DNA of 64,000 bases from Chrysomallon squamiferum (lineage: Eukaryota > Animalia > Mollusca): NCBI GenBank assembly GCA_012295275.1, contig CM022679.1, positions 16,244,001-16,308,000 of the forward strand, given 5' to 3'. Every line of letters starts with the position of its first letter. Position 1 is the stretch's first letter. Both the position numbers and the translations under genes were made by a program. The notes beneath the pieces are model-generated. The model was not told the origin of the DNA. It made no database searches and was given only the letters and a program-made list of their open reading frames with translations. Below are positions 10,492 through 21,500 of the stretch, piece by piece.

Positions 10492-13400
10492 CTGAAAACA
10501 AATTTTAAACAAACATTAAAATAAATCTAAACAGGCAGTACATCTGACATATAACTAGTTGTCAGAAAATTCACTTTTATTTCCAATATTTCTTCAAATT
10601 ATATCTGTATTTATGTGCCAATTTTTTTACCAGTTCTCAAAAAGTATGTTATTTTTCATTTTAAAAATGAGATTAACCTTTTTGTGGATTACTAGTGTTG
10701 ATCCATCATTCAGTACAACAGCAAAAAAAAAATATCAACATTTTTTACTTTATGAACAATATAATTCACATGTTTCCAAACATTCTGAACAAACTGGTTC
10801 AGACAAAATTAAGGTAGCCAACAATACTCATACACAGTTTCTTTCTTCTTAAAATTGGCTAAAATAAAACTTTGTTTTTTTAATTAGATGTGTTATTTGG
10901 AATTAGGGTGCAATCTGTGCCTGACTTGATTTTAAATCTTTGGTCAACGAGTGATTACCTGGTAATATCCTGTGTGATATCCACTCATGTACCAGGCTAT
11001 CAACATGCCACTGAGAGCTTCACTTTCGTCATCACAAGCATCTTCCATCATTTGAGGTGGTGGTGGTGGTGGTGGCATTAATGGAGTTCTTTGCTGAAAC
11101 TATTGTTTAATAATCCGGTTAGAAATTTAAAAACAACAACAAAAAACATCTCAACCAGTAAATCTGGCTTGAATATAACAGTTTGTATTTAAACTCCATT
11201 ATTTCAGTTTGAAAACATAATCCCCATCTAATGACAGTTTTGAAAAACAAATGAACTGCATCCACGTGATAAAACCATTTCATTTACAATACTGTTATGA
11301 TCAGTGCTGCTATCTTTCATACACTCATTGAAATGATATTATCAGTTATTGTAATTTCAAGTATGTAATAAGTTTTATGACAATTTGCTTTTAGAAGTGT
11401 TATAACAAACAAACTTTATTATGTTTAAAATATTTGTTAAAATTTAACTGAATAAAAACTCACAGAAGACCCAAAGCCAGGAAAAGGTGGGGCTGGTGGA
11501 GCTGGTGGAGGTGGCATGCCATAAGGTGGCTGCACGTAGATAAAATGTAAATATCAAATAGGATTGTTACAGATGAATAATAATTCAGTTTTAATTTATG
11601 ATTCAGATCAACTTTGGTCGTTATCCTAAGTAAAAATAAAAAATATTTTAATGATAAAAAACTAATAAATAAATAAATAAAAACAGATGTCAGTAAATAA
11701 AGTTTAAAATATTTTTTAAAAAACAATGTTAATAAAACTAATAAAAATAAGATTTATAAGTTTAATGATTTCAAAAAAATAATAATAAAATAAAAATAAG
11801 AGTATCAACTATAAATAAACAAAAATGAAATTATATACAATACAAAAAACATCTGAAATGCTTAAAAAGAAAACAATAAATTTACCTGGGGCATTCTAGG
11901 AAATGTCTGGGTTGGAGGGAAGTAGCCCATTCCAGGCCACGACATACTGTGATTGGCTGCACCAGAATCAGGACGTGAAGCAGACGCCTGACCGACAGCC
12001 TCCATATTTTCTGACTGAAAGACATAACGTGTCCTCATACATTATAAATATGTGTCTTGATAGTGAATAAACATTTGTTTCCTATACAAAAGTATTGTTC
12101 TTCTAACTCAAATGATTATACTTCAATAGTAGATACATTCAACAAAACTTAAGTTTTATTAAAGAATCTGACAAAATATCTCTCTTCTTCATTTTTCTTT
12201 TATTAAATTTAAAATAAAAGAAAGAACAAATCATGTCTGATACCTGTTCATGAATATTAAGAAAATATTATTTCATAATTACATTAGTAACTAAAAACAT
12301 TCACTTACTAGGCAGGGGTGTCATAAAATGGAAAAAAAACCTTCACAATGTCTGCAGAATTTCAATATACATGTCATTCTTGAAGCATTTTAGTTCTCCC
12401 ATATACATATATATATATGTATACATACATATATAATGAACATAAATATTAATACACATCAGCCAAACAAGATGGCCAATGTGTGATGTTTACAATAACG
12501 AATATAAGATATCAGAAACATACATCACTTGCTGAAGAATGTCCATGACCTGTTCTTTTGAGTTTGACACTTGGTGGCATGATGTCATCCAGTTTATGTT
12601 CTTCTTCATTTCCATAATTTTTGTACTTCACTATACAAGTACCTCTGTCATAATCAATGTCAATGATCTGTCCAGTGTATATCAAACCATCCTCACTGAA
12701 CACAGCCCGGCAAAAGTCACCAACATTCCACTAAAAATAAAACAATTCCACTTCATAAACATTCACTGCAAACTGATTTATATACTGAACAAATTTAGAC
12801 ACATTCTCAAATATTTTAATTTTTAAAATTTTATGTGGGAGCATTATTTATCCCCCAAGTTAAAAAAAGATCTAAATCAAAATCTGCACGCTGTTGAAAA
12901 ATAAATACAATTATTAAGTAAAGTGATTATGATAAATAATTAAAACAATAGTACAGATATTTATAAAATATAATTTGGCAGTTTGTTTACAGTTCAGTCA
13001 ATAATTAACAGATGCATTTCTTACTTTATGCTTCTTCTTCTTTGATTTCTTTTTCTTTTTTTTCTTAAGTGTTCTTTCTGTCACAATGTAGCTTTGTTCT
13101 TCAGGATTTTCCATTACATTCCTCTGAGCTAACTTTGCCTGAAAACACAAAGTACAAAGTAAATATTCTGTAATAAACAATTGTTACACCAGTGAATTAA
13201 AATGGAAAGGTGAAGCCTGTAGAATCAAACATCTTCTCTATCCACTGATATTTCCAGTCTATAGGAGTATATACAATATGTTACAGCTAGACAACAAGAA
13301 TACTCCATGGAATAGTATAAGCTGAATTTTTTTCCATTATATTGTGATTACGCAAAAAGATTTATAAGCTCGACATTTAATAATAGTTAATAATAAAATG

Positions 13401-15090
13401 TGATGTGAAGCAAATATATTTATATATTCATTAGTGCTTTATGAAATCATACAAGTTATTAATCTCTAAAAGATGCATGTGCATATTCAGTTTGTTGCAT
13501 TACTTTTGTATCTGTAGCCATGTTACTATGTTTTGTAACTGCATACCTTCATAGCAGAAACTGCATTATCATAGGCAGAGATCAGTGCTGAGTCATCCCA
13601 GATATCATTATCATCTTCACTCTGTAAATAGAGAAAGACAACAAATTACTGTTATCCTGTTTAAGTAATCAGGGTCAATTCATTTTCAGAACATAAATAT
13701 TTTAAAACTGCCATTTTCACAAAATATTTATTATTCCTTTCAGTAAATATTTAAAAATTATATGTAAAGTTCCTGGCTCTGATGTCACAGCACATACCCC
13801 TCAGTTATAAGATCATGCAGGCATTCAGGTTTAGACGTGTAAGTGAAGATGTTGTTCCAGTCAGTGTTTTTTTAATATTTATCAATTTTGTCAGTTAACT
13901 CTAGATACGAAATCAACTTGACTGATAACTTAAGCCAGGATGTGTCTAAATTTGTCTAACTCTCCTTTGCTTGTCATGTCATCTGACACTTTCATGTTGG
14001 ATGGATAACAGTTACACACCATGACCAACGGAGGACTCAAGATCCAAAGATGTCATTAATGCTTTCCAGCAGTAACCATGTTGTACACACTTCTACTAAT
14101 GCTACGAGGTTTAGTTACTTGTAATGTAATCATTTGGAACTAAATTCTGAACACCTTTGTTACTAGCAATATTCTTCACAAAGTACAGGTTTGCTAAGTG
14201 CTGAAATGTTGCCTGAATGCATTTGAAACTTCAGAGATATTTATAAACACTCCTTAATTAAACATTACTTACTGTAGACAACAAATTCACACTATATATT
14301 TTGATTTTGATTTTAGATCAAAATATTTGATGATCTGAAGATTTAAAATGGCTTTGCTTAATCAAAAGGTTGGTCTTTGTCATTTATGGTAAATTAATTA
14401 AACTATTGTGATTTATATACTTGGAATAGCTTCACAACTGCAACAGAGAAAGGTGTAAATGTTGATAGCAAAAGGCAACAGATGTAGAAAATATATATTC
14501 AAAATTATACTGAATCCTAATAAAAGGAAGTACATAAAAGCCATATCTCTTATCTGATGTAATGTATGCTATAATACTATTACCATGCAAAATGTTTTAA
14601 AACTGCAGATAAAAATATTATACTCCTAGAACATATCCCAAGTATAAAACAGTTACAACAACAACAACATATCGTAAATGTGGGACCCTTTTTACCATTA
14701 TTTTTTTCGTGGTGTTCTTTTTCCATAATTCAATGTTTTCCAATTCTGAATATTTTAAAATTATAACAATATTATTCTCTCTTTTTTTTCTTTTTTTTAC
14801 CACTTTCTTGATATGCAACCGTTAAACTCAACATTAATTACATTAAATTAGTAATAAACTAATAAAAGTAATATTAAAATTTAAATATAAAAATAAATTA
14901 TAAAATATATTTTAGAATTATTTAAGCTTAAAGCATGAAGAAAAATTGTATGATTTAAACTATATTTTTATTATATAAATCTTAAACATATTTTGCATTA
15001 TGAAGAAAATCATGTAAAGTCATAGAAATACGACTTCTTATTAACCTGTTCATTTCTGTTGAACACGATGACTCCTTCAGCACCCGCCAT
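10429..15090 (-). CDS. SMN1: Survival motor neuron protein (SMN), complete, 8 coding exons, 277 aa
   Basis: Exons 15090-15046, 13621-13547, 13138-13025, 12730-12524, 12014-11886, 11529-11464, 11093-10959 and 10491-10429, all phase 0 and GT-AG. Contains Gemin2-binding [13 protein letters not shown], a Lys-rich segment, a Tudor domain, polyproline tracts and the YG box [14 protein letters not shown]. Confidence 0.96.
10959..11093 (-). CDS. SMN1: SMN exon 7 (YG box)
   Basis: [45 protein letters not shown]; tttcag|...|gtaatc. Confidence 0.95.
11464..11529 (-). CDS. SMN1: SMN exon 6 (Pro-rich)
   Basis: [22 protein letters not shown]; gcag|...|gtgagt. Confidence 0.85.
11886..12014 (-). CDS. SMN1: SMN exon 5
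   Basis: [43 protein letters not shown]; tttcag|...|gtaaa; 129 nt. Confidence 0.85.
12524..12730 (-). CDS. SMN1: SMN exon 4 (Tudor domain)
   Basis: [53 protein letters not shown]...; tag|...|gtatgt. Confidence 0.95.
13025..13138 (-). CDS. SMN1: SMN exon 3 (Lys-rich)
   Basis: [38 protein letters not shown] (as in the ORF track); cag|...|gtaaga. Confidence 0.9.
13547..13621 (-). CDS. SMN1: SMN exon 2 (Gemin2-binding)
   Basis: [25 protein letters not shown]; cag|...|gtatgc. Confidence 0.95.
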
Positions 15091-15250
15091 ATATGGCTTT
15101 TGGGTTTTTTTTGTTCCTGTTTATAATTCCGCCTTTCCTATGTGCACCAATATTCCGCGTCGCTGTTTTAATTACTACCAATATGTAACTTTCCAGCAAT
15201 ATCGTATTTTTTGTTCATTATTTACAATAACTGAATACCGAGTATTTATT
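15030..15250 (-). promoter_or_regulatory. Putative SMN promoter/5' UTR (local CpG-retaining patch)
   Basis: A cluster of CpGs (cacccgccat, ttccgcgtcgc) surrounds the start codon in otherwise CpG-depleted DNA. Confidence 0.55.
15046..15090 (-). CDS. SMN1: SMN exon 1
   Basis: ATG GCG...CAG|gttaat; [15 protein letters not shown] (cf. human VLFRRGTGQ); lies in a CpG-containing patch. Confidence 0.85.
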
Positions 15251-15359
15251 TTTATTATTAAAAGACATCCAGTTCTAATATGAATCATTCATTACAAATG
15301 TTTAAAAAACCAACCATTTTTAGCAAGGTTCAGATATAGTGTTTTAGTTTTCTAGAATA

Positions 15360-15360
<1 letters not shown>

Positions 15361-15407
<47 letters not shown>
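15361..15407. repeat. (CA)n microsatellite
   Basis: Directly visible. Confidence 0.95.
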
Positions 15408-15409
<2 letters not shown>

Positions 15410-18400
15410 CTAAATGTATAAATTGAATTTACTAACAATAAAAGGTACTGATCATGTCATAGCTTCTTGTGTTTATTAAATAATTTTATATTTGCAGCTT
15501 CGATATTAAATACATTTAAATTTGTATATTCATCCCTTTGAACACTGATTATAGGAGAAATAATGGACTATTTGTGTGATATTTTATATTCGTTATTGTA
15601 AAAGTGAAATGTGGTAGTGTTTGAAGGGGGAGTGTAAGATGAGTTTCTTTGTTGAGCAGAACTGAAAACAAGCAGTACTTTCTTTAAAGTATTAGTGACA
15701 AGTAGGTCAGGCTTTTTCTTGCTGCTTTGTTTCAGAGGCTCTTTATAAATCATCGATGAATTATTTACATATATGAAAATGTATAAAATCAACAGCTGGG
15801 GTTTATTTATATTTAGTGGTTGGTGTTTTAGTTCTTGCACCACTAAAAAAAGGGTTAGGGTTAATGTGATAGAGCAAAAGTAAATCTACTGACTTGAACT
15901 TTTTTGTTTAGCAACTCCACGCTTACAATACAAATTTATTTATGTTTGCTTTGAAACATCTTTTTGACATTTTGTACTTCTGTGATCAATGCACTAAATT
16001 TTGATTTGTATCCCAGAGGGTTTGGTTATTTTTAGATTTATTTTTTTTTAAATTTTTGTTTTTGTTTTTGTTTTTGTAAAAAATAATAATAAAAAAAAGG
16101 AATTTAAAAATAAAAAAGATTTTCCTTTGAAATGTATCTTTTATATCTGAAAAATAACAGAAACTATAAAATCAATAACTGCAATAAAACAGAATATTTT
16201 ATTGAAATAAAACAAATATTCCTGCTTCTATCTTTGTAAGAAATAGGAGACAAATAATAAAAATGAATTTACAATTTTTAATTAATATTTTGGTTTTTAA
16301 GAATTGGTGTTTGTGTTATAAGAGGAAATTAGTAGAATGTGCTGTTTGACATGTTTAATCTTCCAAATTCACAAAAAAGGTTTATTTTTAATTATAAAAA
16401 TGTGGCTATGTATGTGTACATGGAGAGATATATAGATTATATTGTTTATTATAGTGCAGATCAATGTTTTATCAAATTTAAAAGGCAGTTCTATGTTTGA
16501 TGGCTATATAAAAAACAACAAATATATAATAAATGGATAATTCTTTATTTTTTTATTGGACAAGTGATGATGCAGTATATAAAATGTGTATAATTAACAT
16601 GATAAATAAATGTGTAGAAATAAAGACATTCCTATTTTATCTTTATCTTTCTAAATCATATAGAAAACACAGCCTATATAAAATCATAATCATGCATTAA
16701 AACAAAACAAAATTTAAAAAAACTCAGAACAAATACAGTAAAAAAAACCTAAAAAAACCACAAACAAATGTTAATATTATTTCATTAACACAATCGGATA
16801 TTTTAATCCTTGTTAATTTAAACTGTCTTAAAAATAGTCAAATTGTTTTATCATCTTCATAAAGAATATTAAAAAAATATTTATGGTTTAGATGCTGAAT
16901 GGAAATGTGATAATGTAAGAAACCTGAAAAACAATTGTACCAATTTACAATATTCTGTATCACATTTGCACACTTCTTAAGATTATTCTTGTTATTATCC
17001 AAACCAATCAGTTTGTACAGAAACAAAGACTTAAGAATAATTTAAGTAACAAACTGCTGTGAAAAGGATTTTTTATCATATCTAAAACTGACAACTACTA
17101 GCCATTAGCTTCAATCTGCAACATCACTTAATTTTTACTTATGTACTGCACCAAAGAAAATAATATAGAATTTGCTTTTTTAAGTCCATGATAATTCTTT
17201 TAAATGTCAGCTGTTATTTCAAGTCATTCATTTTGAAAAATATGGCACAGAATTTCATCATGATTAATTTACAATTTAATAAATTACTGCTGACAAAATA
17301 TAAAAATGATAAATGTACAGAATCAAAGTCCTGAGCAAAATATTTCATTCTCAATGTGAGAGACCAAATTCAGTTAACAGTTTAATATATTTTTTTTGTC
17401 TTTATGTAGTGTGTTACACATTAAATTACACAGGCTAGCATCTAGTGTTACAAACAGCTATATTTTATATAAATTTGCCAGATAGTGATTTTATCATGCC
17501 TCAATTAATTCACCATCCTTTTTTGATATTCCAACACCAAATTTAAATCCTTCATAGTCGTTACTAACTGAAGCAAATTGTATCTTGTGCATAACACTTC
17601 CTTAATGAATAATTTTTGTTTATTTGCTAAAGTTTCTGTATTTCAACAATTTAGGTATCTTTACAGTTCTCTTGAGATGGAAGTTTATTTAATCTGACCC
17701 CGCTTTTAATAACTCTTTGTGAGTTTTAACACTAGCCAAATTTTACTTCCAAGTTCATTACTATATTAGTGCATTCTTTTATTTTTTTAAATGATTTCTG
17801 TTTTTGAATTAATTATTATATTAAAGATTTAGCCAACTCAAATGATCAAAAATTCAAACAAAACAGAAAGAGCCAAGGTAAGTTTTGGGGTATTTTTTAA
17901 TTTGGACAGGACCTGATTATTAAATGGAGAAAACAAAAGTAATTCCATGTATGACAATGCAGTATGAATTTATGAAATTACACACAGATACAAACACATT
18001 AGCTCTCACATGTATGCACCTGTACCACACATTCTCTCAAGCTTACATAAACACACCAACACACTGTCATTCAACAAAATATGTGACATTAAAATAATCT
18101 TCATTCATACATCACAAAAATAATGTACATTTAAATATATATGTATATATAAAAACACACACACACATATACACACATACATACCACTCATCCAAACACA
18201 AACACTTTCAACCTCTTAAACAAAGATATTTTATCTGAAGCTAAATTTAAATGATGGACAGCATGATTCTGTGACTTGTTAAAAAAATATTGGTTAAATT
18301 TTCTTGATAATAATAATAATATTATACATTTATTTTTGTCTTTGTTATTCAGCATGACTGCTATAAAATATGTAATATTGGTGCACTAATTCTTTCCGTT

Positions 18401-18427
18401 ATTTCACATTTGTCTCTGCTTTGGTCT

Positions 18428-18503
18428 TCAATTGGTAGTCCCTGTAGCATTTTTTCTTCTTGCAGCCAGCATACCATAGAATGGATTGTCATGTATACTT
18501 GTT
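18428..18503 (-). CDS. CYTH: Cytohesin exon 13 (C-terminal helix/polybasic region, stop)
   Basis: [24 protein letters not shown]. Confidence 0.95.
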
Positions 18504-21500
18504 CTAAAAATAATAATTTAAATAAAAGCTTGTTATACACTAGTGCACTAAAAACATTTATAATGAAAACAATGAAAATTTAGTACTTTAAATAGATGTA
18601 TATATTCTTAAATGACTTAATTATGTTATAGATAATTAATTTCAGTCAAACTGAATTTTGCTTGAACAGACTGCAATGTGAAATAAATTATGTTTTAAAG
18701 ATTTTAAGTTTTCATACTAAACATAACTATTAGTTTACAGTTTCAGAAGCAGAGATACAAAGTTATTTCAGTAAAAGAAATAAACAAACTGGACTATTTT
18801 TAACTGTTACTAACTTGATACACTGTATCCATTCTTCTTTCTCATCAGCACTGCTGGCAGACATTCGATACACATTGTGACGGCCTGAACAGATAAATAA
18901 ACTTAAATAAAACTATTCAGTATAAACAATACATATATTTGAAAAAAAAAAAGTAGGGGGGGATCAATCGAACAACACTTCTTTGAGTTCAAGAACAGTC
19001 AAAATATAAAAAATTTTGAATTTTAGCTATCAAATATATTGTTTCATTTTCTTTTTCTTTATTATCACTTTTTTTAAATTAAATTTGACTTAATATTTCC
19101 ATTTAATATAAACATTTGTTTCTGAACCATTTCTTATAAATGGACACATCAACCTGAAAAAAATTCAATTTCATTTAAATGTAATGATAATATTTATATA
19201 TGATAAAGAAACAATGAGAGATAAGTAAATAACAGACAAGTTTAGCACAGACATTACTTTAATGTATCGAACCTACATCGTCAAATCTCACATTATTTCT
19301 CATACTGTACATCTGTACCTGAATGGATTTCATCCATACTAAACCTGTCTATTAACAAAACTATAATCTAATTTCAAATTTACCTTCAACCACTTTGCCG
19401 TCTCCATCAACTTTGCAAGCCTTGATGAACTCTGCAGATGAAGTGAACAATTCAAAGCAGTTGGGTTTGTTGGATTTTTCAGTAGATACTTCGCGTACAC
19501 TTATATTTTCCAGTGGGATGATTCCTTTTGGCTCCTTATCCTGAAATGAATTAAAATATCACTTTTAAATCACAAAAAAAAGATATTTTAAAAATATATC
19601 CTAATATTTTATTTTCAGTAAATGACTAATACAGCACATGTCAGCTACATAAAGTATTTGGAATGTTTTATGTTCCTCCATAAATACATAAACATTTTTA
19701 TTTTTTTTATTATTTTTTTTACAAATCACCAGCAAAAAGCAGTTTACTAATTGTTAGATAAATGCATATTTAAATATTTTCTATCTAGATTATTGATTTA
19801 TAACTGTGCCTCAAGAGAACTGCACACATTAAACTAAACTAGTCCTTTGTCTATGACATAATATTATAACACAGCATGGACAACTTTAGTTTGAACTAAG
19901 AACCACCCCCAAAAAAACCTATCCCATTCGCAATACAAAAGATGACAGCACTTAAAAACTTCAAAAAATAAAATTGTTTGAGATCTAAGACAATTTTAAT
20001 GACAGTGACAAAGACAGTTTGATTAAATAATACTTACTGTGGTGTACTGGAAGTAGTAAAGACAACTGTCATTGAGAATAAACCAACGACGTTTCCAGTT
20101 CTTGTAGCGGCCACCTGAAGTGCACAAATAATAAGCATTGTAATGTAACGGAAAAATTATAGATATTTTATACAAATATGGCTGCATATTATTATGTCTT
20201 AACAGGTTTTTATCACCATCTACATGGAAAACAAAATTGTTCTACCCAGCTTTTAAATGTATATAATAAATCAGCTAAAGGGATATTGTGAGTTTTCTGA
20301 TTTTTGTGAAAATAGCAATATACCGCTGGCAACTTGATCACTGTAGATTGTTTAATAAGATAGATATATTTTATCTTGTATCATCGGATAGAAAAAAATA
20401 TAAAAATAGCTTTAGTTGTAGTTCAATTGTATTTTCTGTTTTAAGTTTATGAATATTTGTTTAACATTAATGGCACTTTGAACAGTATACAACATTTTAG
20501 TGCAGTGTTAAGCTATATACACTAATAAATAATTTAGTAATGATTTTATAACACCTTTGTTATGTCTAATATGATACAATGTCTCAATGAAAACTGTTAA
20601 AAAATAGTTCCAGCTCAAAGTTAATAAATTATTGAAAACACAAAAATGACTGAGTTAATGAGAAAAACAAATATTCTCAACATAACTATTCAGCCATTAA
20701 ATGTACAGCCATAAGCTTTGACAGGGAAATATGTAAACAATAACATCCATTATTTAAATAATTAGGGAGATGAACTATTCTGTAAGTTTACATACAGTAC
20801 AGTTAAGTATGTTTTTTTAAATGTATTTATTTGCTGTTTAAGGTATGTAGGACAGTGGACAGATGGACTCTAGCTGCAAACCCAAATAAATCACCAAATA
20901 TTTTTTTGATTAAACATGCAGTACATAATTCTCTCTGTAATGTAAGAATCAGAATGTCAATATGGAAACAAATATAATTAATATAAAACAGCTGAGACAC
21001 CTTTATGCAGTATTATTTTTAAATTTATTTTATAAAATAAAAATAAAAATATATTATTAAAGACAATCAGTAAGAAAAATAAAACATCAATCCCATATGA
21101 AGTATCAAAATGCACCAAAATAGATATTTATATTTTCAAGTTTTCAATTCCTAAATTATAGGAGCTGTAATGAACGGGAAAAATTTGTTTTAAATAACTT
21201 TAATTTGAAACTTTTGAAATTATACTGAAGAAAACAATGGCCAATATAAAAAAGAGTGTACATACAGACTATCAATGTACACACCTGGTGAAAGTAACAA
21301 CTGAAATAAATTTACCACTGGTGACCTTTCTTACTGTTCCTCAAGGATATGTTATATATCAAATGTCATTTTCATTTTAAATGAATTTTACAAATTTTTT
21401 AAATAACACAATGTCCACTGTGAACTATGACAGAATAGTCTGATCTTAAGTTTCAAACAACAACCTATTATGATGAGACTAACAAAACATTTGGTACTAC

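Noticed and set aside
13770-14230. GC-richer block in SMN intron 1 (possible hidden exon or TE)
   Set aside because: No open frame with paired splice sites, no recognisable motif and no TIR/TSD that I could support
15851-15863. agggttagggtta telomere-like motif
   Set aside because: Only about two units, expected by chance or from a repeat fragment
21266-21268. 3-nt microexon candidate tag|TCT|gtatgt in the cytohesin PH intron
   Set aside because: No polypyrimidine tract, and it would give V-C-G rather than an extra Gly. No convincing vertebrate-type 3-nt Gly microexon was seen in this intron.
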